NCBI GenBank assembly: GCA_965199825.1
Contig: OZ241329.1
Coordinates: forward strand, 448,001 to 512,000
DNA from: Bdellovibrionales bacterium
GTDB lineage: Bacteria > Bdellovibrionota > Bdellovibrionia > Bdellovibrionales > UBA1609
Length of the DNA: 64,000 bases
Direction: 5' to 3'
The translations under genes were made by a program, and so were the position numbers. This document shows positions 59,560-64,000 of this stretch, one piece after another; positions within the stretch are counted from its first letter, which is position 1; the number at the start of each line of letters is the position of its first letter. The notes beneath the pieces are model-generated. The model did not search any database and was not told the DNA's origin. It worked only from the letters and a program-made list of their open reading frames with translations.

Positions 59560-60108
59560 ATGAAACAGCAGCCTCTTTTTAAATTTAAATCTTTAAAATC
59601 TCATGGTGGGGTTGTTAGCAAAGGCAAAAGAAAATCAACGAGACCCCTCAACAAAAAACGACTTCATCATGTGGTTATGAAGTCTCAATACGCGAAAGGC
59701 GTATATAGTTTTAAAAACTCGAGTCATCGTCAAAAACTTGAACGACTGATTTATAACAAAGCTAAAATTTACGGCGTCCGCATTTCTGAATTCGCGAATG
59801 TGGGAAATCATTTTCATCTTTTAATTCGCTTTCAAAGCGTTCATCTCTTAAAAAATTTTTTGAAAGTGACGTTGGGATTAATTGCACGAATTGTGAGCAA
59901 AGCTCAAAAAGGTAGAAAATTTGGTAGATTTTGGGATGGGCTTGTATTTACACGCATCGTTTCCAAGGGAATTGATGAAGCGCGAGTCGTTGATTACCTC
60001 AGTGCAAATATCATCGAATCGGAGCTGGGAAATTTTTTTCGTTATCTTTTTGAGGAGGAGCAAAAAAAGTATTGGAAATCGAAGACGAAAAAACGCCAAG
60101 CTTTGTAA
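59560..60108 (+). mobile_element. HUH Y1 transposase (IS200-like/RAYT)
   Basis: HHVVMKS strand, GNHFHLL HUH motif, FW...F.RIV and DYL catalytic Tyr; 182 aa; no tnpB. Confidence 0.82.
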
Positions 60109-60235
60109 TTACGAGATGTTTAAAATTAGCCTTCGAAGTTTGATTCCAACCCTAACTTCATTTATTTCACCGCCGGAGATTTCGCTAAATCCAAAACAAC
60201 ACTGCACCCCCCACAACCTCAGCACTCTAAAAAAA

Positions 60236-60739
60236 CTATCGCTTCCGCGCAGCCTCCTGCAAAAACGACCGAGCATTCATCAACTGCATCTCTTGCTCGT
60301 TTAAAATTTTTTGTAAGCTTTGAAGGCGAACTTCGTAGGTTTGGAGCATCGACGCATGACGATCAACCAGATCTTGAACTTTGTGATCGGCCAATTTTCT
60401 TTCGCCCAAGCGCACGGTCATCAATTGCAATTTGTCGGAAGTGTCAGAAATAAATCCCTTCACAACTTCGTCCATGCGTTGGCAAGAACCCATGATGCGT
60501 TCGATTCGCACTTTTGTGGCGTGCACCAATTCATTTTGGCGAGTTTGCATCTGTGACTGCACGCTTTCGAGCTCGCTTACTTTTTTACGTAACTGATCCA
60601 CCGTTGTAAGCATGCTGCGCCAATCTTGCTCCGTCATAAACGTGGGAACGGGCGGCTCGGTCTGCCACGGCAGCCGCGGCGCTGGATCGATTGCCGGTTT
60701 TAGATCGCCGAAAATATCGGACTGGAGTTCTCTTGCCAT
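60236..60739 (-). CDS. Coiled-coil hypothetical protein
   Basis: GAGGGGG RBS, heptad-rich sequence; TTTAC-N15-AACGATAG sigma28-like motif at 60755-60782. Confidence 0.7.
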   Translation of the reverse strand: MARELQSDIFGDLKPAIDPAPRLPWQTEPPVPTFMTEQDWRSMLTTVDQLRKKVSELESVQSQMQTRQNELVHATKVRIERIMGSCQRMDEVVKGFISDTSDKLQLMTVRLGERKLADHKVQDLVDRHASMLQTYEVRLQSLQKILNEQEMQLMNARSFLQEAARKR

Positions 60740-60768
60740 GGCTAAAATCCCCCTCTATCGTTTGGAGT

Positions 60769-61743
60769 ATGTCATCTGTAAATGTGTTAGCACAGTACCT
60801 TTTAAAGCTCGATCCACAAAAAAGTGTGGCGCGCATGACCTTTTATCATTTCTTAAAAAACTTTTGTGAGATGGGCGAACAGATTTCGCCCCAAATGATC
60901 AGTCAATTTTATCGCAGAGCCTTGGGCTTTCAATATTGGCAAACTCACCAAGAGATTCTCTCGCAAACGGTCGAACAAGATCTCGCATTGTTTGGCGAGC
61001 AAATGGGTTTGGCTTTTGATCCTCGTGAAATTCGCTACTCCTATCAAATCGTTGAGCTAAAAAATAATAAAGACAGCGAAGCATTGTTGCTTGGTCATGT
61101 TCAAGAAAAGTTGCGGCCTGGCGAGCGATTAAAAATGATAAAGCTCGAAGACAATCGCTTCGCAATTTTAAAACTTTTGATTTCTGGAATGCTCGAAGTC
61201 GATATTTTTACCTCAACCGCGGTGATCGATGGCCCAAAACTTTTGCCGCTCGAACCCCTCACCTCACTCAAATATTCGGCGTCACTTGAGCTTGTGCCCT
61301 ACACCACTCAACTCATTGAAACCGCACCGATGACCACTTCGCGCTTTCAGCTGTATGAAAATTCTATTCAGGGCAGTACGTTGCGCGGCTATTCTCTTCA
61401 AAAGTACGAATCGCTCCAAGGCGGAGCACTTGCCCAACATTCCGAATTGTTTTTTGCGCTCAAGCGGCTTGAGCGGCTTTATGTGCAAGCTGAGTCGGAT
61501 CCGTTTTACCAAGAGCTCATTGCGCTGCTCGAAAAAAGTTACAACACACTTTCGCAAGGTCATCCCGATGCGGCCAAATTGGCCGAAACTGCCATCGCAA
61601 AAGGGCAACAAGCCCTCAAATCGGCCTTTCCCAATGACAAACTTCTGCTTCTTCTGGTAACAAATATCGAATTCCTCCTCAGCCAGAAAGGCCGACGAAT
61701 CGATGGCGCCAGCCGAAGCAACACCTACTCCTATAAGACTTAA
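60769..61743 (+). CDS. Hypothetical protein
   Basis: Long ORF; start moved to MSSVNV to avoid overlap with the divergent gene. Confidence 0.7.
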   Translation: MSSVNVLAQYLLKLDPQKSVARMTFYHFLKNFCEMGEQISPQMISQFYRRALGFQYWQTHQEILSQTVEQDLALFGEQMGLAFDPREIRYSYQIVELKNNKDSEALLLGHVQEKLRPGERLKMIKLEDNRFAILKLLISGMLEVDIFTSTAVIDGPKLLPLEPLTSLKYSASLELVPYTTQLIETAPMTTSRFQLYENSIQGSTLRGYSLQKYESLQGGALAQHSELFFALKRLERLYVQAESDPFYQELIALLEKSYNTLSQGHPDAAKLAETAIAKGQQALKSAFPNDKLLLLLVTNIEFLLSQKGRRIDGASRSNTYSYKT

Positions 61744-62491
61744 TCGCTACCTTGCCGAATGCGGGGTCGCCTCGCGCCGTAAAGCCGATGAGCTGATCTC
61801 AAAAGGTCACGTTCAAATTAACGGCAAACGTGTGACCGATCTCGGCACCCGCGTAAATCCAAAACAAGATCACGTGGTGCTCGACAACAAAGTTGTTAAA
61901 CCCGATATAGACAAAGTTTATTTAATGTTTCACAAGCCCGAAAATGTTTTAACAACGTTGTCGGATCCTGAAGGTCGACTGACCATTGCTGATTACATGC
62001 GTAAATTTAAACGACGGGTTTTTCCGGTTGGACGTTTGGACTGGGACACCGAGGGCTTATTACTTTTGACGAACGACGGCGAATTCGCCCAGCGCGTTGC
62101 GCATCCTTCCGAAAAAGTGACCAAGACCTATATGGCTAAAGTCAGTGGCCAACCTTCGGTGGCGCAGCTCGAAAAACTTAAGCGCGGCGTCTCAATTCCT
62201 GGTGGCGGCCGAGTGCATGCCGACCATATTGAGCGGGTTAAAAAAGGTTCCAAGGCTTACGACTGGATCTTGTTGGTGATTACCGAAGGAAAAAATCGAC
62301 AGGTTCGACACATGTTCCAAAAAATCGGGTATGATGTTCTTAAGTTGAGGCGCGTGTCGATCGGGGGACTTAGGCTTGGAAGTTTGCGTAAAGGCGAATT
62401 TCAGTGGCTCACTCCCAAAGATGCCGCTAAAGTTTTTGAGATGAAACACGTACGTGAAAAGCGTGTGGGGTCCGACAAAAAGAGGGGATAA
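61703..62491 (+). CDS. rluB: rRNA pseudouridine synthase (RluB/RsuA family, S4 domain)
   Basis: RLNRYLA..GVASRRKAD, FPVGRLDWDTEGLLLLTNDG, EGKNRQVR. Confidence 0.88.
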   Translation: MAPAEATPTPIRLNRYLAECGVASRRKADELISKGHVQINGKRVTDLGTRVNPKQDHVVLDNKVVKPDIDKVYLMFHKPENVLTTLSDPEGRLTIADYMRKFKRRVFPVGRLDWDTEGLLLLTNDGEFAQRVAHPSEKVTKTYMAKVSGQPSVAQLEKLKRGVSIPGGGRVHADHIERVKKGSKAYDWILLVITEGKNRQVRHMFQKIGYDVLKLRRVSIGGLRLGSLRKGEFQWLTPKDAAKVFEMKHVREKRVGSDKKRG

Positions 62492-63571
62492 ATGTCGATT
62501 CAAGCCAAGAAGATTCTTGCAATCAAACTGCGCAAATTGAGCGAGCTGGTTGTGTGGACCGGTGCACTTCAATCGTTACGACAAGCCTATCCCGAAGCCG
62601 AAATTCATGTCCTGATTCCCGAAGAGATGAGCTACGTCTTTAAAGATTTCCCAGTCATTCAAAAAGTTCATCTTCTTCCATTAAACAAAAATTTTGCTCT
62701 GATCAAAACGCTGTGGAAATTACGCCGCGAAAATTTTGATTTGGCTTTGGCGTTTGATTCTTTCCCGGGCCTCAGCCGCTGGCTGAGACTTACCCGAGCA
62801 AAAGTAATTTGTGCGCACGAACATTTGCGTAAGAAAAAAAATCTGACCTCTCACCTTGGTGTCGATAACCCAGGTGAACTTGCCGACAATCTTCATCTCG
62901 ACAGCAAAGTATTATTTGCGTTGGGAATTCAAAACAGAATTTTGCAGCCTCGCATGTTCGTGCCTGAGCGTTTGCGCAAGCAAGCTTTTGAGCGCATGAA
63001 TTTTTCTTATGACAACCGTGCCGGCAGCTCGAAGGTGGCCCTCTTGCCCGGCGCTCATCGCGAGTCCAAGCGCTACCCTCGTGATCTGTGGCTTCAAATG
63101 CTAGATGCTTTGCTCATGCAAAAAGATATCACTCCTGCGGTTTTTGCCGATAAAGCCTTGGCTGAAGAATGGAACTTGCGCGCCGAGTGCTATCGCCGCG
63201 GTGTACGATTGTATGATGATTTGAAACTTGCCGATTTGCTCTCGTATCTCTCATGGTTTCAAGTTGCGGTTTGCAATGACTCCGCCTCGCTCCACTTAGC
63301 CTCATCGGTGGGAGTCCGAACGCTTGGTCTTTTTGGCCCTGGAAATCTCGGGCGCGAGCATGGCTACCCACGAGAGGCGCATTATATTTTGCGCAACAAC
63401 GTCGATTGCCGCACCGAAGGCCCCCGCGAAAACGAAAAGTTTCAGCACTGCAGCCTTGAACAATGCAGTCATATGACTTGCCTCAGAAACATTGCGCCCT
63501 CGCGCGTGGTGCGTGGGGTGAGAGATTTGATGGATGTTGTGCCGCATGTTCATCCGCGGAAGAAGGCTTAG
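62492..63571 (+). CDS. Glycosyltransferase family 9 (LPS heptosyltransferase-like)
   Basis: KILAIKLR, YPEAEI, PGA...KRYP, CNDS..LHLA, LFGP, terminal CL.NI.P. Confidence 0.85.
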   Translation: MSIQAKKILAIKLRKLSELVVWTGALQSLRQAYPEAEIHVLIPEEMSYVFKDFPVIQKVHLLPLNKNFALIKTLWKLRRENFDLALAFDSFPGLSRWLRLTRAKVICAHEHLRKKKNLTSHLGVDNPGELADNLHLDSKVLFALGIQNRILQPRMFVPERLRKQAFERMNFSYDNRAGSSKVALLPGAHRESKRYPRDLWLQMLDALLMQKDITPAVFADKALAEEWNLRAECYRRGVRLYDDLKLADLLSYLSWFQVAVCNDSASLHLASSVGVRTLGLFGPGNLGREHGYPREAHYILRNNVDCRTEGPRENEKFQHCSLEQCSHMTCLRNIAPSRVVRGVRDLMDVVPHVHPRKKA

Positions 63572-64000
63572 CGCGCAAGCCAATCTTGAAGCATGACTAT
63601 ACAGTTCTTATATTCGCGGCCGATATAGTTTTCTAAACGTTCTGCCTCTTCGCGCAGATTTGATTTTTTTCCCACTCTGATTGCGCGCCTTGCAACGGCC
63701 ACCATTCTTAAGCGAAAAAGTTTTTCGAATCCCTCTTCAGTTTGCCGCTTTTTACCACGTGCTATTTTATCCAATAATGAAAAAAGATTTTCCTCTGCTG
63801 GCTTATCATAAGTTTCAAAAATCCTTTTTAAGAGATCCAGTGAACCGACCGTCCCGCTTTCTGCCACAAGTCTTAAAAAATAAGTGAGTTTTTTGCCGCT
63901 CCCATTCATTGAGAGAAAAGACCCAGGCGCTGAAAATTTGAGAAGTGAAGGCTTAAAATTTTTTGCGGTAAGTTCATTGTGCTCGGGATTCAAAATTAAG
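63568..64000 (-). CDS. Hypothetical protein, 3' part (start probably outside the window)
   Basis: Reading frame stays open to the window edge; its stop overlaps the GT9 stop. Confidence 0.55.
   Translation of the reverse strand, partial: LILNPEHNELTAKNFKPSLLKFSAPGSFLSMNGSGKKLTYFLRLVAESGTVGSLDLLKRIFETYDKPAEENLFSLLDKIARGKKRQTEEGFEKLFRLRMVAVARRAIRVGKKSNLREEAERLENYIGREYKNCIVMLQDWLAR

Noticed and set aside
59560..60108. Complete IS200/IS605 insertion sequence
   Set aside because: No tnpB and no clear subterminal hairpin ends were seen; it fits a RAYT-like stand-alone gene better

Overview
Bacterial chromosomal window, most consistent with a Bdellovibrionota (predatory) genome; that assignment is inferred from gene content, not searched. 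Housekeeping genes are coaE, fadD, an M3 peptidase, nadK, recN, lpxH, the mraY-murD-ftsW-murG-murC-murB-ddl-ftsQ-ftsA-ftsZ block, motAB, dsbD, rluB and a GT9. They are interleaved with tandem families of secreted hypothetical proteins, two lectin-domain lipoproteins and a decaying cluster of trypsin-like proteases. The most unusual feature is a repeat-plus-nuclease unit between ddl and ftsQ. It consists of about 24 copies of a TGTCGTGCCC core with re-used 20-33 nt linkers, followed by an HNH endonuclease gene that carries an inverted 13-bp copy of the same motif. A second, perfect tandem array of the same core lies 9 kb away in the opposite orientation, upstream of mraY. A RAYT-like HUH transposase at 59.6 kb has its own spaced GTGCCC-containing repeats. 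Other signals are a terminal Cys-x(2-3)-Leu motif in many unrelated secreted proteins, sigma54- and sigma28-like promoters, and an RBS-sequestering hairpin.
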